Shown: positions 34,537 to 45,606 of the stretch, piece by piece | Position numbering within the stretch: the first letter of the stretch is position 1 | Layout: each line of letters starts with the position of its first letter | Source: Anaeramoeba ignava BMAN | Taxonomy: Eukaryota > Protista > Anaeramoebae | Direction of reading: 5' to 3' | Assembly: GCA_028826165.1 (NCBI GenBank) | Contig: JAPDFW010000125.1 | Coordinates: 744,001-808,000 of the forward strand | DNA: 64,000 nucleotides | The notes under the pieces: model-generated | What the model was told of the DNA's origin: nothing | The model's input: only the letters and a program-made list of their open reading frames with translations | Database searches by the model: none | Translations under genes and position numbers: made by a program

Positions 34537-35268
34537 TTAACAGAAACCAACTTCTGTGCAAGCCCATTTAGCAGCATCATAATGAGAGACAACTTCTGAG
34601 CAACCGTAATCAAGAGCAGCTTCACAAACGGCAGCAAAAGGACCACAAAGAGCAGAAATAGCAGAAGAAGCAGCACCGCAACCCAATTCAAAAACCGTTT
34701 CAGCAGCATCAACACAAACATCGCATTCAATTCCGCCATTAAGACAAACAGTAGGAACATCAAAAACGGCAGGATCAATAGCTTTTTCTTCAAGGTTAAA
34801 GAAATTTGTCTTGTTTGCTCCAACATAATCAATTTGGACTGGAGCGTAAGTTGAAGCGTCATCGTAATAGATCCATTCAGAAGCATTTAAGTACCATCTG
34901 TCGCAAAGAACGAAGTCAATATCTTCTTGACCCGAATAAGTGAATCCGTTGAAATTTGGATAAGGAAGACTGCCGGACAAAGCCGTTATATTGCAGTAAA
35001 TTTTGTCAAGTGTTTCAACTACTAAATACTCTTTTTCTCCAACGTAATCCCGTAATAATGTCCATTCGTATTCTTCTGGTTCAAATTCTCTTCCTCGTAA
35101 TCTTTCTTTGTTTTGTTTTTGATCATATTCCCATACTATGTGTTGTCGGTGATGATCGTCATAGTGTTCAATTACTAAATCAGTTGCAAATTGTGTTGGG
35201 AAAGTTGGCAATGGTGGATCCATCGCAAAAACTGCTAAAACAAATAAGAAAGCTATTATGATTTTCAT
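34537..35268 (-). CDS. Secreted/lysosomal protein: ependymin-related domain + C-terminal saposin-like Cys-rich domain
   Basis: Signal peptide MKIIIAFLFVLAVFA; EPDR-like features (P..FP.QF, YD, CDRW, DPAVFDVPTVC); C-terminal CxxC...C-x5-C helical pattern; higher GC than neighbours. Confidence 0.7.
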   Translation of the reverse strand: MKIIIAFLFVLAVFAMDPPLPTFPTQFATDLVIEHYDDHHRQHIVWEYDQKQNKERLRGREFEPEEYEWTLLRDYVGEKEYLVVETLDKIYCNITALSGSLPYPNFNGFTYSGQEDIDFVLCDRWYLNASEWIYYDDASTYAPVQIDYVGANKTNFFNLEEKAIDPAVFDVPTVCLNGGIECDVCVDAAETVFELGCGAASSAISALCGPFAAVCEAALDYGCSEVVSHYDAAKWACTEVGFC

Positions 35269-35509
35269 TTGAAATTTGTTTTGTAAAAAAAAAAATGAAA
35301 ATTATTTTTATTATTTTATTTTTTTTTATTTTTTTTATTTTTTTTTGCTTTCTATTTTTCTATTTGCCCCCAATAACAAAAAATTTTAATTAAATTTTAT
35401 TTAATTTAATTTAATTTAATTTTATTTTTGATCATTTTTTTAATTAAAAAAAAAAAGAAAAAGAAGAAAAATAAAAAAATAAAATTAAATTAAATTTTTC
35501 TTCTTTTTC

Positions 35510-35536
35510 TTCTTTTCATTTTTTTTCTTTTTAAAA
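35510..35536 (+). promoter_or_regulatory. Initiator-like TTTCAYTTTT element (representative copy; precedes nearly all genes)
   Basis: TTTTCATTTT lies within ~15-70 nt upstream of the ATG, on the sense strand, for the RCC1-BTB genes, phosphatase, MFS, 9751 ORF, FucI-like, BAR, lipin, EPDR, F-box, ALG1 and TLDc genes (TTTCACTTT for Ras). Confidence 0.6.
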
Positions 35537-37312
35537 ATGAATGATTGTTTATTTTTTGGTTTAAATAGATATCCAATACTTATCAAAAATGAAGCAGATA
35601 AAATAAAAAAACCAATTCAATTTAAATTTGAAAATGAAAATGAAAATGAAAATGAAAAACAAATTAAACAAATTTCATCAAGTTATTTTGGAACAATTTT
35701 CCTTTTTAAAAATGGAAAAGCAATAGAATATTTAAGTGAAAATAATTCAAATCAAAATCCTTCAAAAATCCAAATTGAAGAAAATATTCAAAAAGTAACT
35801 GTTGATGAACAAAATGAAGCTATTTTAACAATAGAAGGAAATGTATTTGCCAAAGGAAAAGATATTAATCCAAAAAAACCAAAAGAATTTATCAATATTT
35901 CATCATTAATTGAAGATCCAAATGATAGAATAATTGAAGATATTGTTTCTGGGGCTAATTCAATTTACTTATTAACTTCAAATCAAAATGTTTATGGAAT
36001 TGGTTTAAACAGATCTGGTCAACTTGGTTTTGATTCTAAAACACTTCCAAAAACAGAAAAACCAATTTTAATGATGAAAAATGTTTCTAAAATATTTTCA
36101 GGAAATTCTTCAAAACATGTTTTTCTTTTAAATTCAAATCAAGAATTATTTGGATGTGGATGGAATAATTATGGTCAACTTGGATTAAGAGAATCAAGAA
36201 GAAAAGAAACAAAAATCAAAAAATTAACCAAAATCCAAAATATTCCAAAAGGTGAAATAATTGATATTCAATGTGGATGGTTTTATTCAATAATGTTGAT
36301 TGAAAATGAAGATGAAAATCCAAAAAGAAAACTTTATTCATGTGGATATTATCTATATAATGGACTTGGCAAAAATGAACATACTAATGAATTTACTGAA
36401 ATCAAATCATCTTTATTTGAAAATGATGATAATATTCTTGATTTTTCTGTTGGAAATTATCATACTTTGATTTTAACTTCCAAATCAAAATTAATAGTAT
36501 TTGGAGAAAATTATTATGGTCAATTAGGAAATGGAGATATAAATAATCAAACAATTCCAATTCAAATTGAACTTCCTAAATTAAGATTTAATGAAAATAT
36601 TTTCAATTATCATATTTATTGTGGAGATAACAAATCATTTATTTATTATTCTCCTCCTTCTTTTTCCAATCTTGAAGAAGATTTGATAAAATTATTTGAA
36701 AGAAAAGAATTTTGTGATATTTCATTTAAAACCAAAAATGGAGAAATAATTGAAGCTCATAAATTAATATTGAAATATAGATTAAATCAAAATCAAAATG
36801 AAATTGAAAAACTCCAAGAAATTATTTCAAAAAAATCAATTAAAGAATCAAATCAAATATTTGAAATGATTTATTCAAATAATTCTAAAATAAATCCAAA
36901 ATTATATCCTGAAATTAAAGAAATTATAAATTCAAATGAAAAAATAGAAGAAACAATTAAAAGAATTTATTTAAATGAAAATGAAAATGAAAAAGATTTT
37001 ATAATTGAAAGAAAAGAAAAGAAATATAAATTTCCCAAATTAATATTAATAATGAGAAGTGAATTATATCGAGGAATGTTTTTATCTGTAACTGAAGATA
37101 AATCAAATAAAGTTACAGATTATAGTGAATTAAGTAATAAATCATTTCAAATATTTGAATATTGGATTTATTCAAATCAAATTAAAGAAGAAATTCAAAT
37201 TACACAAGAAATAATTGATGAACTTCAAATAGGAATTGATTATTTTCAATTAAATCAAACAAATCCAAATTTATTTGATTTATTAATTAACAAATTTAAA
37301 AATCAAAATTAA
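35537..37312 (+). CDS. RCC1-repeat / double BTB-POZ protein
   Basis: 591 aa; family architecture. Confidence 0.92.
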   Translation: MNDCLFFGLNRYPILIKNEADKIKKPIQFKFENENENENEKQIKQISSSYFGTIFLFKNGKAIEYLSENNSNQNPSKIQIEENIQKVTVDEQNEAILTIEGNVFAKGKDINPKKPKEFINISSLIEDPNDRIIEDIVSGANSIYLLTSNQNVYGIGLNRSGQLGFDSKTLPKTEKPILMMKNVSKIFSGNSSKHVFLLNSNQELFGCGWNNYGQLGLRESRRKETKIKKLTKIQNIPKGEIIDIQCGWFYSIMLIENEDENPKRKLYSCGYYLYNGLGKNEHTNEFTEIKSSLFENDDNILDFSVGNYHTLILTSKSKLIVFGENYYGQLGNGDINNQTIPIQIELPKLRFNENIFNYHIYCGDNKSFIYYSPPSFSNLEEDLIKLFERKEFCDISFKTKNGEIIEAHKLILKYRLNQNQNEIEKLQEIISKKSIKESNQIFEMIYSNNSKINPKLYPEIKEIINSNEKIEETIKRIYLNENENEKDFIIERKEKKYKFPKLILIMRSELYRGMFLSVTEDKSNKVTDYSELSNKSFQIFEYWIYSNQIKEEIQITQEIIDELQIGIDYFQLNQTNPNLFDLLINKFKNQN

Positions 37313-37720
37313 AATTCAAATTAAAATTAAAATAAAAATTAAAATTAAAATTTAAAATCAAAATTAAAATTAAAATTAAAATCAAAAATAAAAATCAAAA
37401 TTAAAATTTAAATTAAAATCAAAATTCAAATTTAAAATTAAAATTAAAAATAAAATTAAAATCAAAATTAAATATTAAAATTAAAATTAAAATTAAAATT
37501 AAAATTAAAATTAAAATTAAAATTAAAATTAAAATTAAAATCAAAATTAAAATTAAAATTAAAATTAAAATTAAAATTAAAATTAAAAATTAAAATTAAA
37601 ATTAAAATTAAATCAAAATTAAAAATTAAAATTAAAATTAAAATTAAAATCAAAATTAAAATTAAAATTAAAATCAAAATTAAAATTAAAATTAAAATTA
37701 TAATTAAAATTAAAAATCCA
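37313..37720. repeat. (AAAATT)n intergenic spacer, representative of most RCC1-BTB spacers
   Basis: The same hexamer tract, on the sense strand, separates almost all tandem copies; ~25-440 nt long. Confidence 0.85.
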
Positions 37721-37753
37721 AAAATTTTTTTTTCATTTTTTTTCTTTTCAAAA

Positions 37754-39535
37754 ATGAATGATTGTTTATTTTTTGGTTTAAATCAAGATCCAATTCTTAT
37801 CAAAAATGAACCACAAAAAATAACAAAACCAATTCAATTTAAATTTGAAAATGAAAATGAAAATGAAAATGAAAATGAAAAACAAATTAAACAAATTTCA
37901 TCAGGTTATTTCGGAACAATTTTCCTTTTCGAAAATGGAAAAGCAATAGAATATTTAAATAAAAAAGATTCAAATCAAAATCCTTCAAAAATCCAAATTG
38001 AAGAAAATATTCAAAAAGTAACTGTTGGTTATCAAAATGAATCTATTTTAACAAAAGAAGGAAATGTATTTGCCAAAGGATATGATATTAATCCAAAAAA
38101 ACCAAAAGAATTTATCAATATTTCATCATTAATTGAAGATACAAATGATAGAATAATTCAAGATATTGTTTCTGGATCTAATTCAATTTACTTATTAACT
38201 TCAAATCAAAATGCTTACGGAATTGGTTTGAATCAATCTGGTGAACTTGGTTTTGATTCTAAAACACTTAAAAAAGTACAAAAACCAATTTTAATGATGA
38301 AAAATGTTTCTAAAATATTTTCAGGAGCTGATTCAAGTTTTGTTTTTCTTTTGAATTCAAATCAAGAATTATTTGGATGTGGATTGAATACTCATGATCA
38401 AATTGGATTAGGAGAATCAAGAAAAAAAGAAGAAAGTATCCAAAAATTAACCAAAATCCAAAATATTCCAAAAGGCAAAATAATTGATATTCAATGTGGA
38501 TTTTATCATTCAATAATGTTGATTGAAAATGAAAATCAAAATCCAAAAAGAAAACTTTATTCATGCGGGAGTAATGCATATAATGGACTTGGCAAAGAAG
38601 ATCAAACTGCAAAAGAATTTACTGAAATCAAATCATCTTTATTTGAAAATGATAATATTCTTGAAATTTCTGTTGGATTTACTCATAATTTGATTTTAAC
38701 TTCCAAATCAAAATTAATTGGATTTGGAAATAACAATTATGGTGAATTAGGAACTGGAGATACAAAAACACAATCAATTCCAATTCAAATTGAACTTCCT
38801 AAATTAAGATTCAATGAAAATATTTCCAATTATCATATTTCTTGTGGATCTTTCAATTCATTTATTTATTATTCTCCTCTTTCTTTTTCCAATCTTGAAG
38901 AAGATTTGATAAAATTATTTGGAAGAAAAGAATTTTGTGATATTTCATTTAAAATCAAAAATGGAGAAATAATTGAAGCTCATAAATTAATATTGAAATA
39001 TAGATTAAATGAAAATGAAAATGAAATTGAAAAACTTCAAGAAATTATTTCAAATAAATCAATTAAAGAATCAAATCAAATATTTGAAATGATTTATTCA
39101 AATAATTCCAAAATAAATCCAAAATTATATTCTGAAATTAAAGAAATTATAAATTCAAATGAAAAAATTGAAGAAACAATGAAAAGAATTTATTTAAATG
39201 AAAATGAAAATGAAAAAGATTTTATTATTGAAAGAAAAGAAAAGAAATATAAATTTCCTAAATTAATATTAATAATGAGAAGTGAATTATATCGAGGAAT
39301 GTTTTTATCTGTAACTGAAGATAAATCTAATAAAGTTACAGATTATAGTGAATTAAGTAATAAATCATTTCAAATATTTGAATATTGGATTTATTCAAAT
39401 CAAATTAAAGATGAAATTCAAATTACACAAGAAATAATTAATGAAATTCAAACAGGAATTGATTATTTTCAATTAAATCAAACAAATCCAAATTTATTTG
39501 ATTTATTAATTAACAAATTTAATAATCGAAATTAA
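37754..39535 (+). CDS. RCC1-repeat / double BTB-POZ protein
   Basis: 593 aa; family architecture. Confidence 0.92.
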   Translation: MNDCLFFGLNQDPILIKNEPQKITKPIQFKFENENENENENEKQIKQISSGYFGTIFLFENGKAIEYLNKKDSNQNPSKIQIEENIQKVTVGYQNESILTKEGNVFAKGYDINPKKPKEFINISSLIEDTNDRIIQDIVSGSNSIYLLTSNQNAYGIGLNQSGELGFDSKTLKKVQKPILMMKNVSKIFSGADSSFVFLLNSNQELFGCGLNTHDQIGLGESRKKEESIQKLTKIQNIPKGKIIDIQCGFYHSIMLIENENQNPKRKLYSCGSNAYNGLGKEDQTAKEFTEIKSSLFENDNILEISVGFTHNLILTSKSKLIGFGNNNYGELGTGDTKTQSIPIQIELPKLRFNENISNYHISCGSFNSFIYYSPLSFSNLEEDLIKLFGRKEFCDISFKIKNGEIIEAHKLILKYRLNENENEIEKLQEIISNKSIKESNQIFEMIYSNNSKINPKLYSEIKEIINSNEKIEETMKRIYLNENENEKDFIIERKEKKYKFPKLILIMRSELYRGMFLSVTEDKSNKVTDYSELSNKSFQIFEYWIYSNQIKDEIQITQEIINEIQTGIDYFQLNQTNPNLFDLLINKFNNRN

Positions 39536-39856
39536 AATCAAAATCAAAATCAAAATTAAAATTAAAATTAAAATTAAAATCAAAATTAAAATTAAAATTA
39601 AAATTAAAATTAAAATTAAAATTAAAATTAAAATTAAAATTGAAAATCAAAATTAAAATTAAAATTAAAATTAAAATTAAAATTAAAATTAAAATTAAAA
39701 TCAAAATCAAAATTAAAATTAAAATTAAAATTAAAATCAAAATTAAAATTAAAATTAAAATTAAAATTAAAATTAAAATTAAAATTAAAATCAAATTAAA
39801 ATTAAAAATTTCATTTTTTCATTTTTTTCATTTTTTCATTTTTTTTCTTTTCAAAA

Positions 39857-41626
39857 ATGAATGATTGTTTATTTTTTGGTTTAAATCAAAATCCAATTCT
39901 TATCAAAAATGAACCAACTGAAATAACAAAACCAATTCAATTTAAATTTGAAAATGAAAATGAAAATGAAAATGAAAATGAAAATGAAAAACAAATTAAA
40001 CAAATTTCATCAGGTTATTTTGCAACAATTTTCCTTTTTAAAAATGGAAAAGCAATAGAATACCTAAAAGATTCAAATCAAAATCCTTCAAAAATCCAAA
40101 TTGAAAATATTCAAAAAGTAACTGTTGGTGATGAAAATGAAGCTATTTTAACAATAGAAGGAAATGTATTTGCCAAAGGATATGATATTAATCCAAAAAA
40201 ACCAAAAGAATTTATCAATATTTCATCATTAATTGAAAATACAAACGATAGAATAATTGAAGATATTGTTTCTGGATCTGATTCAATTTACTTATTAACT
40301 TCAAATCATAATGTTTATGGAATTGGTTTAAACAGATCTGGTCAACTTGGTTTTGATTCTGAAACACTTAAAAAAACAAAAAAACCAATTTTAATGATGA
40401 AAAATGTTTCTAAAATATTTTCAGGAAATTCTTCAAAGCATGTTTTTCTTTTGAATTCAAATCAAGAATTATTTGGATGTGGTGATAATCAACAAAGTCA
40501 ACTTGGATTAGGAAAGCCATTAATATATATAATCCCAAAATTAACCAAAATCCAAAATATTTCAAAAGGCAAAATAATTGATATTCAATGTGGATTTTAT
40601 CATTCAATAATGTTGATTGAAGATGAAAATCAAAATCCAAAAAGAAAACTTTATTCATGCGGATTTGTTAAATCTAATGGACTTGGCAAAAATCAAAATA
40701 CTTATGAATTTACTGAAATCAAATCATCTTTATTTAAAAATGATAATATTCTTGATTTTTCTGTTGGAAATTTTCATAATTTGATTTTAACAAAAAAAGG
40801 CAAATTGGTAGTATTTGGAAGTAATGAACATGGACAATTAGGAACTGAAGAAAGATATACTTCATATAAACCAATTCAAATTGAACTTCCTGAATTAAGA
40901 TTTAATGAAAATATTTTCAATTATCACATTTCTTGTGGATATAATAATTCATTTCTTTATTATTCTCTTTCTTCTTTTTCCAATCTTGAAGAAGATTTGA
41001 TAAAATTATTTAGAAGAAAAGAATTTTGTAATATTTCATTTAAAACTGAAAATGGAGAAATAATTGAAGCTCATAAATTAATATTGAAATATAGATTAAA
41101 TCAAAACGAAAATCAAATTGAAAAACTTCAAGAAATTATTTCAAATAAATCAATTAAAGAATCAAATCAAATATTTGAAATGATTTATTCAAATAATTCC
41201 ATAATAAATCCAAAATTATATTCTGAAATTAAAGAAATTATAAATTCAAATGAAAAAATTGAAGAAACAATGAAAAGAATTTATTTAAATGAAAATGAAA
41301 ATGAAAAAGATTTTATAATTGAAAGAAAAGAAAAGAAATATAAATTTCCCAAATTAATATTAATAATGAGAAGTGAATTATATCGAGGAATGTTTTTATC
41401 TGTAACTGAAGATAAATCAAATAAAGTTACAGATTATAGTGAATTAAGTAATAAATCATTTCAAATATTTGAATATTGGATTTATTCAAATCAAATTAAA
41501 GATGAAATTCAAATTACACAAGAAATTATTAATGAAATTAAAACAAAAATTGATTATTTTCAATTAAATCAAACAAATCCAAATTTATTTGATTTATTAA
41601 TTAACAAATTTAAAAATCAAAATTAA
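39857..41626 (+). CDS. RCC1-repeat / double BTB-POZ protein
   Basis: 589 aa; family architecture. Confidence 0.92.
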   Translation: MNDCLFFGLNQNPILIKNEPTEITKPIQFKFENENENENENENEKQIKQISSGYFATIFLFKNGKAIEYLKDSNQNPSKIQIENIQKVTVGDENEAILTIEGNVFAKGYDINPKKPKEFINISSLIENTNDRIIEDIVSGSDSIYLLTSNHNVYGIGLNRSGQLGFDSETLKKTKKPILMMKNVSKIFSGNSSKHVFLLNSNQELFGCGDNQQSQLGLGKPLIYIIPKLTKIQNISKGKIIDIQCGFYHSIMLIEDENQNPKRKLYSCGFVKSNGLGKNQNTYEFTEIKSSLFKNDNILDFSVGNFHNLILTKKGKLVVFGSNEHGQLGTEERYTSYKPIQIELPELRFNENIFNYHISCGYNNSFLYYSLSSFSNLEEDLIKLFRRKEFCNISFKTENGEIIEAHKLILKYRLNQNENQIEKLQEIISNKSIKESNQIFEMIYSNNSIINPKLYSEIKEIINSNEKIEETMKRIYLNENENEKDFIIERKEKKYKFPKLILIMRSELYRGMFLSVTEDKSNKVTDYSELSNKSFQIFEYWIYSNQIKDEIQITQEIINEIKTKIDYFQLNQTNPNLFDLLINKFKNQN

Positions 41627-41872
41627 AATTAAAATCAAAATTAAAATTAAAATTAAAATTAAAATCAAAATCAAAATCAAAATTAAAATAAAAATCAAAA
41701 TTAAAATTAAAAATTAAAATTAAAATCAAAATTAAAATTAAAAATTAAAATTAAAATTAAAATCAAAATCTTTTATTTTTTAATTGAAAAACGTTTTATT
41801 AATTCAAAATAAAAAAAATTTTTTCCAAAACAGAAATTTCATTTTTTTTTTGCAAACATTTTTAAAATAATT

Positions 41873-43578
41873 ATGGGAAATACACAAGAAAAAAAACAAA
41901 TAAATAAAGGAAATCAAAATTCCAATTCAAATCCAAATGAAAAAGAGAAAGAGAAAGAAAAAGAAATTGAAGAAGAAATTGAAGAAGAAAAAAGAGCAGA
42001 ATTTGATGGTTTTTTCCAAAAGGAAAATGAAGAAGAATTTTCAATGTTTTATGACATACCTGATGATTTAGTTATTTATATTTGTAGATTTTTGGATCAA
42101 AACCAATTAATTTTACTAGCTCAATCATGCAAAAAATTTGAAGAATTAGCATTTGAACCGTATTTTTTTAATTATTAATATTTTTTATAAATATTTTTAA
42201 ATTGAATTTATTTATAAATTTATTTTTTTTAGATGTTTATGGAATGATCGATCAATTTCACTTTATCAAACTGTAAATCGGTTTACAATTGTTAGATTAA
42301 CTCGAACAGTTGAACATTTACAAGGAATTCGGTAAAAAATTTTTCAATTAAATTTTTCAATTAAATTTTTCAATTAAATTTTTCAATTAAATTTTTCAAT
42401 TAAATTTTTCAATTAAATTTTTCAATTAAATTTTAAATTGGATTTTTTAAAGAATGAAACACTGCAGAATCCAAAACCTTCCATCCTTCTTCGACGAAAT
42501 GAAAAAGAGATGTGGAGACTTAAAAACATTAGAACTTCACTCATGCTTTGTTGAAAACCCCTCCAAAGAAGAAACAAAACTAGGATCAATTGCACAACTT
42601 TCATCCTCATTAAAAAACTTACCTCAATTAACAGAATTATCACTTCCAAGTTCGAGATTAGGGACAATTCCCCCAGAAATATACAAGCTAAAACAACTAC
42701 AAAAACTGAATTTAGTTGCGAATCAATTCAACAGCAATCCATTTACATCCAAAATTTCAAATCTTGATTCGCTAAAGGAATTACGACTTGATATGAATGA
42801 TATTTCAATAATTGAACCCAATATTTTCAAGCTCAAACACATGGAAGTATTATCGTTTTCTTTTAATTCAATTTCTGCACTTCCATCTGAAATAGGGAAT
42901 TTAACGGAATTGAGGAATCTTCGCTTGTCAAATAATTCAATATCATTTTTGCCAAACACAATGAAATCACTTTTGAGTTTAAAAACAATTGAAATTGGAT
43001 CAAACAGACTTGGTTCCTTCCCAGACGTGCTTCTGGAATGCCAAGACTTGGAAAGGATTGAGCTATTTAATAATCAAATAAGAACAATTCCAAACGAAAT
43101 CAACAAGCTTTCCAATCTCAAAGTTTTGAAGTTGAATTCCAATCAAATTCAAGAAATCCCCTCAAATTTATTCAAATTAGAACATCTTGAATTTTTGGAT
43201 TTGCGATTGAATCAAATTAGTTCAATTCCGATTGAAATTTCAAATGCAAAATCACTACATCATTTGATTATTTTTGGGAATAAATTAACAAGTCTTCCTC
43301 ATACTATTTGCTTTCTTCATCTCCAGCAACTTTCTGTTCAAGGAAATCAAATACTTTCTCTTCCTTCTGAATTTGGTGATACTCAATTTGCTTTAACAAA
43401 CAGTTTGACTCATCTTGATTTAAGTTCAAATTCTCTAACAGAAATTTCCGAATCTATTATCAATATGAAAAATCTTCTTTATCTTGATTTGACAAAAAAT
43501 TCTGGGAATTCTTCTTTGGCTTATACTCTACGTTCTTATTTTAAGGATTGGCCAAATCTTACTTATAAACTGGATTAA
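41873..43578 (+). CDS. F-box / leucine-rich-repeat protein with a putative N-myristoylation site; exons 41873-42159, 42233-42331, 42453-43578
   Basis: MGNTQEK start; F-box DIPDDLVIYICRFLD..LILLAQSCKKFEELA; about 13 LxxLxLxxN repeats; two GT-AG introns keep frame. Confidence 0.87.
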
Positions 43579-43755
43579 AAAAAAAATCAGACAAATTATT
43601 GTTTTTTTTTTTTTTGGAATGAAAAAAAAATAAATAAAATTATTCTTCCAAATTTAATTTTAATTTTAATTTTAATTTTAATTTTAATTTTAATTTTAAT
43701 TTTAATTTTAATTTTAATTTTAATTTTGATTTTAATTTTAATTTTAATTTCAAAT

Positions 43756-45606
43756 TTAATTTTGATTATTAAATTTGTTAATTAATAAATCAAATAAATT
43801 TGGATTTGTTTGATTTAATTGAAAATAATCAATTCCTGTTTCTAGTTCATTAATTATTTCTTGTGTAATTTGAATTTCTTCTTTAATTTGATTTGAATAA
43901 ATCCAATATTCAAATATTTGAAATGATTTATTACTTAATTCACTATAATCTGTAACTTTATTTGATTTATCTTCAGTTACAGATAAAAACATTCCTCGAT
44001 ATAATTCACTTCTCATTATTAATATTAATTTTGGAAATTTATATTGTTTTTCTTTTCTTTCAATAATAAAATCTTTTTCATTTTCATTTTCATTTTCATT
44101 TAAATAAATTCTTTTAATTGTTTCTTCAATTTTTTCATTGGAATTTATAATTTCTTTAATTTCAGAATATAATTTTAGATTTATTATTCTGTTTGAATAA
44201 ATCATTTCAAATATTTGATTTGATTCTTTAATTGATTTATTTGAAATAATTTCTTGAAGTTTTTCAATTTCAATTTGATTTTGATTTAATCTATATTTTA
44301 ATATTAATTTATGAGCTTTGATTATTTCTCCATTTTTGGTTTTAAATGAAATATCACAAAATTCTTTTCTTTCAAATAATTTTATCAAATCTTCTTCAAG
44401 ATTAGAAAAAGAAAAAGGAGAATAATAAAGAAATGAATTGTAATATCCACAAGAAATATGATAATTGGAAATATCTTCATTAAATCTTAATTTAGGAAGT
44501 TCAATTTGAATTGGAATTAATTGTTCATTTGTATTTCCATTTCCTAATTCACCATAAAAATTACCTCCAAATTCTATCATCTTTTCATTATAAGTTAAAA
44601 TCAAATTATGAAATATCCCACAAGAAATTTCTCGAATATAATTATCATCATTTTCAAATAAAGATGATTTGATTTCAGTAAATTCATAAGTATGTTTATA
44701 TTTGCCAAGTCCATTAAATCGATAATTTCCACATGAATAAAGTTTTCTTTTTGGATTTTCATTTTGATTTTGATTTTCAATTAACATTATTGAATGAACA
44801 TATCCACATTGAATATCAATTATTTCACCTTTTGGAATATTTTGGATTTGGGTTAATTTTTGTGTTTTGGTTTCTTTTCTTGATTCTCCTAATCCAAGTT
44901 GACCTTGTTCATTATCACCACATCCAAATAATTCTTGATTTGAATTTAAAAGAAAAACATGAGTTGAAGAATTTCCTGAAAATATTTTAGAAACATTTTT
45001 CATCATTAAAATTGGTTTTTCTGTTCTTTTAAGTGTTTCAGAATCAAAACCAAGTTGACCATATTTATTTGAACCAATTCCATAAGCATTTTGATTTGAA
45101 GTTAATAAGTAAATTGAATTTGCTCCAGAAACAATACATTGAATTATTCTATCATTTGTATCTTCAATTAATGATGAAATATTGATAAATTCATTTGGAT
45201 TATTTGGATTAATATCGTTTCCTTTGGCAAATACATTTCCTTCTTTTGTTAAAATAGCTTCATTCTCGAAACCAACAGTTACTTTTTGAATATTTTCTTC
45301 AATTTGTATTTTTTCAGGATTTTGATTTGAATTATTTTTATTTAAATATTCTATTGCTTTTCCATTTTTAAAAAGGAAAATTGTTGAATAATAACTTGTT
45401 GAAATTTGTTTAATTTGTTTTTCATTTTCAATTTCATTTTCATTTTCATTTTCAATTTCATTTTCATTTTCATTTTCATTTTCATTTTCATTTTCATTTT
45501 CATTTTCATTTTCAAATTTAAATTGAATCGGTTTTGTTATTTTAATTGGCTTATTTTTGAAAAGGATTGGATTTTGATTTGAACCAAAAAATAAACAATC
45601 ATTCAT
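43756..45606 (-). CDS. RCC1-repeat / double BTB-POZ protein (expanded EN repeat)
   Basis: 616 aa; family architecture. Confidence 0.92.
   Translation of the reverse strand: MNDCLFFGSNQNPILFKNKPIKITKPIQFKFENENENENENENENENENEIENENENEIENEKQIKQISTSYYSTIFLFKNGKAIEYLNKNNSNQNPEKIQIEENIQKVTVGFENEAILTKEGNVFAKGNDINPNNPNEFINISSLIEDTNDRIIQCIVSGANSIYLLTSNQNAYGIGSNKYGQLGFDSETLKRTEKPILMMKNVSKIFSGNSSTHVFLLNSNQELFGCGDNEQGQLGLGESRKETKTQKLTQIQNIPKGEIIDIQCGYVHSIMLIENQNQNENPKRKLYSCGNYRFNGLGKYKHTYEFTEIKSSLFENDDNYIREISCGIFHNLILTYNEKMIEFGGNFYGELGNGNTNEQLIPIQIELPKLRFNEDISNYHISCGYYNSFLYYSPFSFSNLEEDLIKLFERKEFCDISFKTKNGEIIKAHKLILKYRLNQNQIEIEKLQEIISNKSIKESNQIFEMIYSNRIINLKLYSEIKEIINSNEKIEETIKRIYLNENENENEKDFIIERKEKQYKFPKLILIMRSELYRGMFLSVTEDKSNKVTDYSELSNKSFQIFEYWIYSNQIKEEIQITQEIINELETGIDYFQLNQTNPNLFDLLINKFNNQN

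Noticed and set aside
34512-35261. Overlapping ORFs 34512-34886 (-) and 34956-35261 (+)
   Set aside because: Alternative-frame shadows of the higher-GC secreted-protein gene.
37300-37330. TAA reassigned to Gln (suggested by AATCAA/AATTAA interchange)
   Set aside because: No conserved gene has an in-frame TAA/TAG, and TAA ends AKR, MFS, Ras (right after CaaX), lipin and ALG1 at the expected positions.
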